Origin: a virus
IMG/VR virus record: IMGVR_UViG_3300026320_000002
DNA length: 52,354 bases
Strand: one strand, 5' to 3'
Positions 18,601 to 26,418 of this stretch are shown in pieces. The position numbers and the translations under genes were made by a program. The stretch's first letter is position 1. Each line of letters starts with the position of its first letter. The notes beneath the pieces are model-generated. The model had not been told where the DNA came from. It worked only from the letters and a program-made list of their open reading frames with translations, and ran no database searches.

Positions 18601-20306
18601 TGATCCGCCTGGTCGCGAGCCACTTCGAGGGTCACACGGACGTCGGCCTGCGATATGTTGACAACGCGCGCGGCGCGGGCAAACAGGCCGAAGTTCCTTT
18701 GGAGCAGATCCCCCGCCTGGAGTACAATGTCACCCGTGAGCAAGTCGCGAAAACCCTCGAGGACGAGTACGCCGCGGGGCGCATCTCGGAAGCCGTCTAC
18801 CATGGATTCGGGGGCACCGGCCCCGCCGGCGAGCCTGGACGAGCTGGCGCAGCCGGCGGCGCAGGACCAGCGGATGAAGCAGCTCCTGCAGAACATGAGC
18901 CGCAACGTGGGCCAGGACGTGCTGACGAGCTAGGCGCCACCCGAAGCGTCTACACCGCCGCGGGCCGCCAGATCGAGGTGCGCCCGAAGCTGATCGAAGC
19001 GGCCGATCTCACCACCAGCGACAAGCCTGGCTACCCACAGGATCTGCAACCACGCCAGCGCGGAGAGCGCACCGCGCTCGCCAGCCAGGTGCAGGATATG
19101 GCCCGGAACCTCAAGCCCGAGATGCTGGGCCAGAGCGCCGAGGCCGATCGCGGCGCCCCGATCGTGGGGGCGGATAACGTGGTGGAAAGTGGGAACGGGC
19201 GGGTCATGGCGCTGCGCCAGGTGTACGAATCCCTCCCTGAGCAGAGCACTGCCTACCGTAAGTTCCTGACTGACAGCGGTTACGACATTGCTGGGATGAA
19301 GGAACCGGTGCTGGTGCGCGAGCGCGTCACACCCATGAGCCCGGCCGAGCGCTCCGCCTTCACGGGCGAGGCGAACGTCGGGACCACGGCCACTTATTCA
19401 CCGGTGGAACAAGCGCAGGCGGATGCGAAGCTCCTCGACAGCGGTACGCTGGCGAAGATGGCGGGGGCGGACCTCACCACCTACACGAACGCGGCCTTTC
19501 TTCGGGACTTCGTATCCGGCCTGGCGCCCTCGGAGCGCTCCGCCGTGATGAACCCGGACGGCACGATCAGCCAGGCGGGGGTGCGACGGGTGCAATCGGC
19601 CATCCTGGCCAAGGCCTACGGCGGTACGCCCGAGTCCAATGCCACTCTGGGCCGGTTGCTCGAGTCGACCGAGACGGGCCTCAAATCGACCCTCAACGCC
19701 CTGGTGGACGCAGCTCCCGCCTACGCGAGGCTCAAGCAGATGATCGAGGAGGGGACGATCGGGCGCGAGTACGACATCGCCCCGGCGATCGTGCAGGCGG
19801 TCGAAGATGTGGCGCGCCTGCAGCTCACCGGCCAGAGCCTGACCGAGCACTTCGCCCAGGCCGACCTGCTGAGCCCCAAGGCACTCGCCACCCAGGCCTT
19901 CTACGACAAGGCCGGTGAGCGCCTGGCCGGTCGGGACAAGGCCGCCGCGGCGCTCATCCGCTATGCCGACCAGGCGATGGCGCAGCGATTGAATCAGGGG
20001 CAACTGTTCGGGGACCCCCCGGCCAGCCCCACCGAGCTGCTGCAGAACGCCAAAAAGCCCGAAACCGGGGATCTGTTCGGACTGCGAACTAAATCCGGGG
20101 AGCTCGCCCCCGGGAGCATCGTGGTGAGCGCGGCGCGCTCGGCGATCGAGGAGCGGCCGAATATGGAACTGCCCGATGAGACTGGCCAGGTGTACCGGGC
20201 AAAGGCGGCGCTGCTCGCCACCGCGGAGGCGGATCGAAGCACCTCGGAGCGGGCAGCGCCGGCGATTGAGGCGGCCACGGACTGCTTCTTGAGGAAAGGG
20301 CCATGA
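15657..20306 (+). CDS. Large multidomain (polyvalent) internal virion / ejection protein in the T7 gp16-like slot
   Basis: 1549 aa with ATGA coupling at both ends. It has a Gly/Ala-rich hydrophobic N-terminal ~330 aa followed by ART-like, zeta-kinase-like and ParB-like modules, listed as separate sub-features. Confidence 0.7.
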   Translation: MTDLSPYEEERLSNAGPAINPWEGPAPVSTWSGFLHDDDYGYAAPLARILEVPGHAVAAGEGMLAGLAHDSYGLVDHVLGGIPGVHKYVTQPIIDEADWWRNDAKERVQALTPSATQVGSAIQTGHSLLTALTEAGFGGAAAGPYLAAATVGGSQGYERRAQLEASGVAPAPAGFIGLETAATSAAGVLTPGLGGVGTSLMARLLTGAGANVGFGVANRYADHLTLEAAGYPDMAQQQKVWDGYSMLFDAVLGAGFGGLGHLHHQAGMRDLSARLAALRQIPGVEDAVMAAQLGLRAQGLGPGIPADPAAAAAHHAALEKATEDLINGQPVDVSGTGVDTANFVPFYHGSPHEFTSFEAGRIGTGEGGDSFGHGIYLAESRAVADSYAEALGARSIRLGEKVVAPNDFPIDSPQRQALSALMNHNGVIPEAIAGLRAQAKGVEDSAHFEAAAKWLEKNRKQISSTIGNVYQVRVPSEAVGRMLDWNAPLKDQPPAVQQYMHSLGQEKLGMLVNHGVPLKDYSVLDRKTGKDLYEGLALQHLRTAGEGADHAAFASGELQRSGIPGLRYLDAFSRSGEALKAPTRNAVLFEEKLAQVAAREGARPYQAPEQPISTAGLDPRETILVKSFQDAGLLEAQRNVEALEQALNVRLGRGAPERITAPLRPEGTPSSPSPTAPVGKRWYADRGAIPGEPAQYLDVQGDDLDTAKAVIVERPMEGTSNSTWEALLPGGQSLGVFDTEEEAGRAAEVAVDKTGTTSGSVASELAAARKAPPPGFKIHPDEIPRADPGKLTEAQRAIETRFAEQIARDPEAAEHQYAQIEETDGGRILNTDTARELSEDYLNDRSQSAAVHEPSSWLIKRLYARMLKEAPKPGFDPLVLFMAGGTGAGKTSMVRATAGELFSRAQIIYDTNMSGLDGAIGKINQALDAGKRADVVYIYRDPAEALAHGALTRAMKQEAQWGSGRTVPLEEHTNTHVGSNHVIRLVASHFEGHTDVGLRYVDNARGAGKQAEVPLEQIPRLEYNVTREQVAKTLEDEYAAGRISEAVYHGFGGTGPAGEPGRAGAAGGAGPADEAAPAEHEPQRGPGRADELGATRSVYTAAGRQIEVRPKLIEAADLTTSDKPGYPQDLQPRQRGERTALASQVQDMARNLKPEMLGQSAEADRGAPIVGADNVVESGNGRVMALRQVYESLPEQSTAYRKFLTDSGYDIAGMKEPVLVRERVTPMSPAERSAFTGEANVGTTATYSPVEQAQADAKLLDSGTLAKMAGADLTTYTNAAFLRDFVSGLAPSERSAVMNPDGTISQAGVRRVQSAILAKAYGGTPESNATLGRLLESTETGLKSTLNALVDAAPAYARLKQMIEEGTIGREYDIAPAIVQAVEDVARLQLTGQSLTEHFAQADLLSPKALATQAFYDKAGERLAGRDKAAAALIRYADQAMAQRLNQGQLFGDPPASPTELLQNAKKPETGDLFGLRTKSGELAPGSIVVSAARSAIEERPNMELPDETGQVYRAKAALLATAEADRSTSERAAPAIEAATDCFLRKGP
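16683..17432 (+). other. ADP-ribosyltransferase-like module (H-Y-E type, polyvalent-protein ART) within the 1549-aa protein
   Basis: aa ~343-592: FVPFYHGSPHEFTSF...GDSFGHGIYLAESRAVADSY...GIPGLRYLD...RNAVLFEE. Confidence 0.5.
18129..18806 (+). other. Zeta-toxin-like P-loop kinase module within the 1549-aa protein
   Basis: aa ~825-1050: GRILNTDTARELSEDYLNDRSQSAAVHEPSSWLIKRL...LVLFMAGGTGAGKTS (Walker A at nt 18306-18332)...VVYIYRDP. Confidence 0.6.
18942..19436 (+). other. ParB/sulfiredoxin-fold (ddrB-ParB-like) module within the 1549-aa protein
   Basis: aa ~1096-1260: IEAADLTTSDKPGYPQDLQPRQRGERTALASQV...LKPEMLG...GAPIVGADNVVESGNGRVMALRQVY. Confidence 0.55.
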
Positions 20307-22903
20307 AGCCGGCGTGTCTTGATGCGGTGGAAAAGGCGCTCGGCCGGCCGCTCACCGCGGGGGAGGCCGAGAAGATCGAATCGCAGGTGAACCTGCAGAT
20401 GCGCCTCGCGGGCCGCAAGGACCCCACCGCCTGGTCAGCGCTTTCTAGCACCCAGCGCCTCGAGCAGGGCGCCAAGGCCGCGGCCGAGGCCATGCTCCAC
20501 GAGGTGCAGAAAAAGGCGCAGCGCCTGCGCCTGCAGATCGGCGTGCACGATCGGATCGACAACGCGCTCAACGATCGGATGGAGGAGCGCGACGAGGCGG
20601 CCAAGCGGACCAAGCCCGGGGATCTGCTCCGTGACGCCTCCGGGATCCTCGCCTTCGATGTGAAAGGGCACGGGTTCACCAGCGTGGAGACCTGGGCGCA
20701 TTCCATCGCGAACGAGAGCTTCGGGCGACTGATGCCCCTGTGGAACGCGGTCAAGGGATTCGCCGGACTGTTCGAAGATGCCAAGGGGGTCTCGAGCCTG
20801 GTGCGCGAGCTCTTTGGGGAGGACACGGGCGATGCGGACGCGAAGGCGGCCGCCCGCGCCTGGCACCAGGTGGTCGATGAGCTGCGCGATCGGGCCAACG
20901 CGGCGGGCCTGGACATCGGCAAGCTCGATGAGTGGCACTACCCGCAGAGCCACAGCCAGGCGCGCGTGGCACTCGCCGGCCTTGCGAAGTGGGTCAGCGA
21001 CACCCTCCCGCTCCTCGATCGCGCGAAGTACCTGCACGAGGATGGGGCTTCCATGTCCGATGAGGAGGTCTCGGACATGCTGCGCAACGTCTACGACACG
21101 ATCACCTCCGATGGGATCAGCAAGAGCGAGCCTGGAGCGCCGAAGGGGTACGGGTCCACCGCCAGCCGCTTGAGCCAGCACCGGGCGGTGTTCTACAAAG
21201 ACGCGGCGAGCTTCCTCACCTACCAGGCGAAATACGGGGAGCGGAATCTCTGGAGCGTGCTCACCGGGCACATCCGCGCCGTCTCGCGCGACACCGCGCT
21301 CGCCGAGGTCGCGGGCCCCAATGCGCGCGCCACCTTCGATTATTTCAACGATCGGGCGCTCAAGCAGGAGATGGCCCTCAACCCGACCGCGGCCAACAAG
21401 ATCAAGTCCGCCTACAAGTTCAACCAGACCCTGTTCGACTACGTGGCCGGATCCCGCGAGGTGGTCAACCAGAAGATCCAGGACGTCGGCCAGGCGTTCC
21501 GCAATTTCGAGGTGGCGAGCAAACTCGGCCAGGTGGTGATCACCGCTCTCGGGGATGAGGCGGGCATGGCCGCCACCGCGTTCGCCAACCGGGTGCCCTG
21601 GACGGAGTCCATGGCACGAGAGCTCACCTACATGAGCCCGGGCAACGCCACCGATCGGGCGATCGCGGCGCACGCCGGACTTGGGATCAACGGCATCATC
21701 GGAGGGCTGAATCGCTTCGGCCAGGAAGACCTTCAGCTCTCCGGTGGTGTGGGTTCGGCCGCCGGCGCTCGGCTCCTCACGGCCAAGCTGGCTAACGCCA
21801 CGCTCCACTTATCAGGTGCAGAAGCCATGTGGGACGCGCGCCGGCGGGGCCTGGGCTCGGTCCTGATGAGCTACCTGGGGAAGACGGTGGCCAGCGTCGA
21901 TCACTTCGCCGACATCAATCCGGCCGATCACGGGGTGCTCGCCAACAAGGGCATCAGTGAGGCGGACTGGCAGGTGTGGAAGAAGGCTGAGCTGGAGGAC
22001 TGGGGCATGAAGCACGGGGTACTGACCCCGAAGTCCGTCTGGAGCATCCCGGATGAGCAGCTGCAGCCCCTTGGGGACCCGCGCACGTTGAAGCGTCACG
22101 CTGCCACCGCGCTCCTCGGTCACGTGCTCGAGGAGACCGGGATGGGTGTCATGGACACTGGCGCGCGGGAGCGGGCGCGCATGAGCATCGGCACCACCGC
22201 GGGCACGGTGGGTGGGGAGCTGGTGCGCTCCGGGATGCTCTTCAAGGGATTCTCGGCTTCCATGATGATGAAGCACTGGGCGCGCGCTTCCGACATGCCC
22301 ACGGGCCGGGACCGGGTGATGTACGCCACCAAGCTGATGACCGTGAGCCTGATCCTCGGGGCGGTAGCGAACCAGCTGCGCGCCCTGGTGGCCGGCCAGG
22401 ACCCGCACAACATCGCCGAGCCGGTCTTCTGGGGTGATGCGGCGCTGCGCGGCGGGGGCCTCGGATTCTACGGGGAGTTCCTGCACAGCGAACTCACGAG
22501 CCACGACACGAGCCTGATCCCTGCGCTGATGGGCCCGCTCGCCACGGAGGCCGAGACGATCTGGAACCTCACCGGTGGAGCGGCCTTCAAGGCGATGCGC
22601 GGAGAGCGGACAGACGAGGGGGCGCACGCGCTGCGCTTCATCCAGGGCAACATTCCGCTGCTCAATATGTGGTACACCCGGGCGGCCATGAACCACCTGC
22701 TGTGGAATGATCTGCAGGAGGCGGCCAGCCCGGGGTACCTCGATCGCATGCAGAACCGCGCCTTCATCCAGAAAGGGACCACCTGGTGGTGGGATCCGCA
22801 CGAGGGCCTGCCGAGCGCCGCCCCGGACTTCGGGAAGCTGTGGCAACCCGAGCTCGGGGCTGAGCAGCTTCAACGCCTGAAAGACACCGCCGGCTTGCAG
22901 TAG
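20303..22903 (+). CDS. Large virion-associated protein with no T7 counterpart, a putative additional ejection protein
   Basis: 866 aa, ATGA-coupled to the 1549-aa gene. The C-terminal part has hydrophobic segments (LMTVSLILGAVANQL; NIPLLNMWYTRAAMNHLLW). Confidence 0.5.
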   Translation: MKPACLDAVEKALGRPLTAGEAEKIESQVNLQMRLAGRKDPTAWSALSSTQRLEQGAKAAAEAMLHEVQKKAQRLRLQIGVHDRIDNALNDRMEERDEAAKRTKPGDLLRDASGILAFDVKGHGFTSVETWAHSIANESFGRLMPLWNAVKGFAGLFEDAKGVSSLVRELFGEDTGDADAKAAARAWHQVVDELRDRANAAGLDIGKLDEWHYPQSHSQARVALAGLAKWVSDTLPLLDRAKYLHEDGASMSDEEVSDMLRNVYDTITSDGISKSEPGAPKGYGSTASRLSQHRAVFYKDAASFLTYQAKYGERNLWSVLTGHIRAVSRDTALAEVAGPNARATFDYFNDRALKQEMALNPTAANKIKSAYKFNQTLFDYVAGSREVVNQKIQDVGQAFRNFEVASKLGQVVITALGDEAGMAATAFANRVPWTESMARELTYMSPGNATDRAIAAHAGLGINGIIGGLNRFGQEDLQLSGGVGSAAGARLLTAKLANATLHLSGAEAMWDARRRGLGSVLMSYLGKTVASVDHFADINPADHGVLANKGISEADWQVWKKAELEDWGMKHGVLTPKSVWSIPDEQLQPLGDPRTLKRHAATALLGHVLEETGMGVMDTGARERARMSIGTTAGTVGGELVRSGMLFKGFSASMMMKHWARASDMPTGRDRVMYATKLMTVSLILGAVANQLRALVAGQDPHNIAEPVFWGDAALRGGGLGFYGEFLHSELTSHDTSLIPALMGPLATEAETIWNLTGGAAFKAMRGERTDEGAHALRFIQGNIPLLNMWYTRAAMNHLLWNDLQEAASPGYLDRMQNRAFIQKGTTWWWDPHEGLPSAAPDFGKLWQPELGAEQLQRLKDTAGLQ

Positions 22904-22912
22904 GAGCAGCCC

Positions 22913-24178
22913 ATGACCGCAACGACTGTCGACCGCCTGTTTGGCGAATCCTCCTCGGTGGCGGTCAAGGCGCCCGTCCGGGCGGTCTCCAGCATCGCGA
23001 ACATCACGCTGTCTGGACTGCAGACCGTGGGCGGCGTGCTACTCGTTGAGGGCGATCGGGTGCTGGTGGCGGCCCAGACCGATTCGAAACAGAACGGCAT
23101 CTACAACGCCTCGGCGAGTGGGTGGACCCGGGCCGGGGACTTCAACGATAACCGCGATGCCGTCCAGGGCACGGTGGTGATCGCGCAAGGTGCGCTCTGG
23201 GCCTCCTACCAGCTGACCACCCCGAACCCGGTCCAGTTCGGCACGACTCCGATCACCTTCTCCCCGCCTGCGGCGGGCATGGTCACCCAGGCGATCATCG
23301 CCGCGCTCCTCTCGGGCTCGATCTTCAATGCCACGGTGGATGGCCCTGCCCCGGTCATTCTGCGCCAGGCCTACAACTACTCGGGCGGCACGGCCGGCTT
23401 CGTGGTCCCGGTCCTCAACATGCGGGCGGACGTCACCGACTGCGGCGCGAACTACCCGTGGACGTGCCTGGCCACGATGTTCAACTCCTCGACGGGCAGC
23501 GCCCAGGCGGTCGCCTTTTACGGCCAGGGCTCCAAGGTGGTGGCGAACGCGAGCCCCACCTGGGGTGCGGCCTTTGCCATCCGGGAGATGACCAGCACGC
23601 CCGATCCGACCACGGGAAGCGTGGCCCTCGAGCTGGACCTGCAGGCGAACGGGACGGACATCCACTCCGGCCGCGTGATCTGCGATGCGGTGATCATCCC
23701 CTACACCCCCTATGGCTCGGGTGGGGCCACGGTCACGGCGACCTATGGATACCGCGTGTCCAACGGGAACGACACGCGCAGCGTTGTGAGTTTCCCGTTT
23801 GCGCTGGGCATCGGGCTGCAGTGCTTCGCGGGCTTCGACACCTCGCGCGCCACCTGCACCGCGGCCGCCTACATGCTCGCTCAAGGGCAGGGCATCGTGT
23901 TCGATGGGGCCGCGGGCACCCACTTCATCTCCTACGATGGCACGGGCCTGGGCTTCCACGCGGCCGGGAATCTGATCACCCGCCTCAACAGCGATGGCAC
24001 GATCCGCTTCGGCGGCCCTACGCATAACATTGTGTTCGCCGCGGCTCCCGGAGGCACCGGCACGGCCGCTGCGGTGCTCACCGCCAACAAACCCGGAGCC
24101 TCGACGGCGGTGAGCACCTGGGGGAAGATCACCATCGATGGAACCGATTACGTCTGGCCCCTGTGGCTCGCATCCTAG
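22913..24178 (+). CDS. Tail fibre / receptor-binding protein
   Basis: 421 aa with SD aggagcagcccATG. The N-terminus VRAVSSIANITLSGLQTVGGVLLVEGDRVLVAAQTDSKQNGIYNASASGWTRAGDF is a motif common at phage tail-fibre N-termini. Confidence 0.6.
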   Translation: MTATTVDRLFGESSSVAVKAPVRAVSSIANITLSGLQTVGGVLLVEGDRVLVAAQTDSKQNGIYNASASGWTRAGDFNDNRDAVQGTVVIAQGALWASYQLTTPNPVQFGTTPITFSPPAAGMVTQAIIAALLSGSIFNATVDGPAPVILRQAYNYSGGTAGFVVPVLNMRADVTDCGANYPWTCLATMFNSSTGSAQAVAFYGQGSKVVANASPTWGAAFAIREMTSTPDPTTGSVALELDLQANGTDIHSGRVICDAVIIPYTPYGSGGATVTATYGYRVSNGNDTRSVVSFPFALGIGLQCFAGFDTSRATCTAAAYMLAQGQGIVFDGAAGTHFISYDGTGLGFHAAGNLITRLNSDGTIRFGGPTHNIVFAAAPGGTGTAAAVLTANKPGASTAVSTWGKITIDGTDYVWPLWLAS

Positions 24179-24188
24179 AGGACCGTTT

Positions 24189-24560
24189 ATGAAAATTGAC
24201 CTGACCCCGAAGCTGCGCACGATCGACAACAAGCCCTTCCAGCAGCCCTCGCCCGACGGCAAGAGCCTGGTGGACTGGGACCTGGACCTGAAGGATGCGA
24301 TCTCCGGGGCACTCCTCGCCCAGGTGCAGGGCGACTTCCAGCTCCCCGTGCAGGCGAAGCTGAAGATCTACCGGCTCGCCAAGCGCATCGATCAGGCGAA
24401 CGGGACGATCAACCTCGAAAGCGAGGAGATCACCCTGATCAAGGAGCGCACGGCCCTCATCTACGGCAACCACGTGTTCGGGGTGATCGCCGATCTCCTG
24501 GAAGGCGAAGGCGCCCCGGCCCCGCCGGCTCCTCCGGCCACCCCACCGGGGCCGCCATGA
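24189..24560 (+). CDS. Hypothetical protein with a Pro-rich C-terminus
   Basis: I started it at ATG 24189 (MKIDLTPK, SD agagga) rather than the track start at 24138. 123 aa. Confidence 0.55.
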   Translation: MKIDLTPKLRTIDNKPFQQPSPDGKSLVDWDLDLKDAISGALLAQVQGDFQLPVQAKLKIYRLAKRIDQANGTINLESEEITLIKERTALIYGNHVFGVIADLLEGEGAPAPPAPPATPPGPP

Positions 24561-25006
24561 ACCTCTCGGAGCACTTCACACTCGAGGAGATGGAACGGAG
24601 CGACCTGGCGCTCCGTAAGGGGATCGACAACTCCGCGCCGCCCGAAGTGATCCCGCAGCTGATCCGCCTGTGCACCACGCTCCTGGAGCCCATCCGCACG
24701 CTCCTTGGTGTCCACCTGCACACCAACAGTGGGTATCGGTGCAAGCTGCTCAACACCCTCGTGGGCTCGACCGCCGCGCACAGCGCACACCTGGACGGGC
24801 GGGCAGATGACCTGATCCCGATCGGGATGGATCTGCGCGCGGCATTTGACAAGATCCGCTTGAGCGAGCTGCCCTACGATCGGCTCATCATCGAATGCGG
24901 GGCATGGCTGCATTGTGCAATCGCGGTGGAGGGGGTCCCGCCTCTCCGAAAAGCCGAGTACGCCACAGGCACTCCGGGGCACTGGGTCTACACTCTCGTT
25001 CCATAG
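24557..25006 (+). CDS. Endolysin, peptidase M15 family (zinc D,D- or L,D-peptidase)
   Basis: 149 aa. FTLEEM...SGYRCKLLNTLVGSTAAHSAHLDGRADDL carries the M15 signatures SGYRC..LN and H..G.A.D. ATGA-coupled. Confidence 0.85.
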   Translation: MNLSEHFTLEEMERSDLALRKGIDNSAPPEVIPQLIRLCTTLLEPIRTLLGVHLHTNSGYRCKLLNTLVGSTAAHSAHLDGRADDLIPIGMDLRAAFDKIRLSELPYDRLIIECGAWLHCAIAVEGVPPLRKAEYATGTPGHWVYTLVP

Positions 25007-25016
25007 GAGCACTCAC

Positions 25017-25166
25017 ATGAAACTCTTCATCCTGCTGGTGATCACCCACGCGGTGGCCGCGCTCGCTGGTCTCCTGTTCGGCCAGAACAATCCTCGGATT
25101 GCCGCGGCCACCAAGAAGGTCGCTGCCGCGGCGGAGGCGGCCGCAAAGAAAGCGGCGGGCAAGTGA
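25017..25166 (+). CDS. Small single-pass membrane protein (49 aa), a holin or antiholin candidate
   Basis: MKLFILLVITHAVAALAGLLFGQNN followed by a Lys/Ala-rich tail. SD aggagcactcacATG. Below the track cutoff as a separate ORF. Confidence 0.45.
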   Translation: MKLFILLVITHAVAALAGLLFGQNNPRIAAATKKVAAAAEAAAKKAAGK

Positions 25167-25348
25167 CCCTGCTCGGCTTCGATCTGTGGGAGCACCGGAC
25201 CAAGCTCTTCGGCTTCATCCAGGTGACCCTCGGGACGCTGGCCACCTCGACGGACCTCTTTGGCCCCAGGCTGCTCAAGGGCATCATCCTAGCCAACGGA
25301 TTGCTGACCGCGTGGCTGGGCTTCTACAACTCCAGGAAGGGGCCATGA
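25163..25348 (+). CDS. Two-TM small membrane protein, a holin candidate
   Basis: 61 aa with a GTGA overlap. Hydrophobic segments LFGFIQVTLGTLATS and GIILANGLLTAWLGFY. Confidence 0.45.
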   Translation: MTLLGFDLWEHRTKLFGFIQVTLGTLATSTDLFGPRLLKGIILANGLLTAWLGFYNSRKGP

Positions 25349-25349
25349 C

Positions 25350-25715
25350 ATGCCCGAGAGCAACTTCGTCGATGGCATCATCCGCGAAATGAAGACCCGC
25401 CCGTACTCGATGATCGTGCTGCTGGCCCTGCTGGTGGCTGTGCCCTACATCTGGATCAACTACGCCAAGGCGGCCGATGTGGCGCAGCTCACCCGCCAGG
25501 TCGCGGCGATCGAGATCTCGATCCGCCAGGCGGCGCTCGAGACGCAGCTGCGGGCGATCAACACGGAGCTCTTTGCCCTCAAGCAGAAGGTGCTGGATCT
25601 GCAGTCCGCCCACAAGGATGTGGACCCGATCTATCGCGATCGGATCAGCCAGCTCGAGAGCGACAAGGGGCAGATCGAGCTCGCCCTCGAGGCGCTGGCG
25701 AAAAGCGGGCCCTAG
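25350..25715 (+). CDS. Membrane-anchored coiled-coil protein
   Basis: 121 aa with an N-terminal TM (YSMIVLLALLVAVPYIWINY) followed by a heptad-like helical region. Confidence 0.55.
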   Translation: MPESNFVDGIIREMKTRPYSMIVLLALLVAVPYIWINYAKAADVAQLTRQVAAIEISIRQAALETQLRAINTELFALKQKVLDLQSAHKDVDPIYRDRISQLESDKGQIELALEALAKSGP

Positions 25716-25717
25716 AT

Positions 25718-26047
25718 GTGCGATTGTTTCCACGCCGGCCGCTGCCCTCCTCCACGCGCACGGGCAACCGGGTGGATAACCCGCCCCTTGAGCACACCGA
25801 CACGGCGCGCCTGCGGATCCTGCTGCAGGATGAGACGCAGGACTGGCGCTTGCGGATCGAGGAGTCACTCAACGAGGTGGCTAAAATCCAGGACGTGCAC
25901 GCCGATCGGTGGCGCGAGTATTTCTCCACCAAGAAGGAGCTCGCAGACCGGCGCGATATCCGGAACCTGTGGATCGCCTTCGCTGCCGTGTGCAGCCTGG
26001 CCGTCACCCTCATCGTGCTGCTGATTGAGTTCCTGGGGAAAAAGTGA
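25718..26047 (+). CDS. Tail-anchored (C-terminal TM) protein; the start is uncertain
   Basis: This frame ends in the TM segment NLWIAFAAVCSLAVTLIVLLIEFL, and its stop overlaps the next GTG (GTGA). The first GTG is at 25718. Confidence 0.45.
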   Translation: MRLFPRRPLPSSTRTGNRVDNPPLEHTDTARLRILLQDETQDWRLRIEESLNEVAKIQDVHADRWREYFSTKKELADRRDIRNLWIAFAAVCSLAVTLIVLLIEFLGKK

Positions 26048-26418
26048 CCGAGGAGGAGAAAGTCGTTGTCTGGACGATCGCCGGGGGCGGGGCGGCCCTC
26101 AGCCTGTTGATCATCCTGCTGTACCTCCGGGCCCGCGATGCGGCCAGGCACCACCATGGGCAGACGCAGCGCAAGCTCGATGTGGTGCGCCAGGACATCG
26201 GGGATGTAGGCGAGCAGGTCGCCCAGGTCAGTCGCCAGGTGGACTTCGTGAGCCAGCAGGCCGAAGGGGTGCGCGTCCAGATGTCCTCGGATCGGGACGC
26301 CACGAAGCTCCAGAGCGAGAAGGAGCAGGGCTCGAATCGCAGGCTCCGCCTCAATATCTTCCGGCACTTCAAACAGTGGCTGAAGCGCATCAGGACTAAC
26401 GGCAAGAGCGAGCACTGA
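26044..26418 (+). CDS. Membrane-anchored coiled-coil protein
   Basis: 124 aa with an N-terminal TM (VVWTIAGGGAALSLLIILLYL) followed by a charged helical region. Confidence 0.55.
   Translation: MTEEEKVVVWTIAGGGAALSLLIILLYLRARDAARHHHGQTQRKLDVVRQDIGDVGEQVAQVSRQVDFVSQQAEGVRVQMSSDRDATKLQSEKEQGSNRRLRLNIFRHFKQWLKRIRTNGKSEH

Noticed and set aside
22913-24178. A diversity-generating retroelement targeting the fibre gene, as in BPP-1-like phages.
   Set aside because: No reverse-transcriptase-like ORF (no YxDD motif) is present, and I saw no template or variable repeat pair matching the fibre 3' end.
25716-26024. The alternative frame starting MCDCFHAGRC... at ATG 25716.
   Set aside because: The product is Cys/Arg/Pro-rich and GC3 decays along it. 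The 25718 frame gives a clear C-terminal TM segment and a GTGA junction with the next gene.
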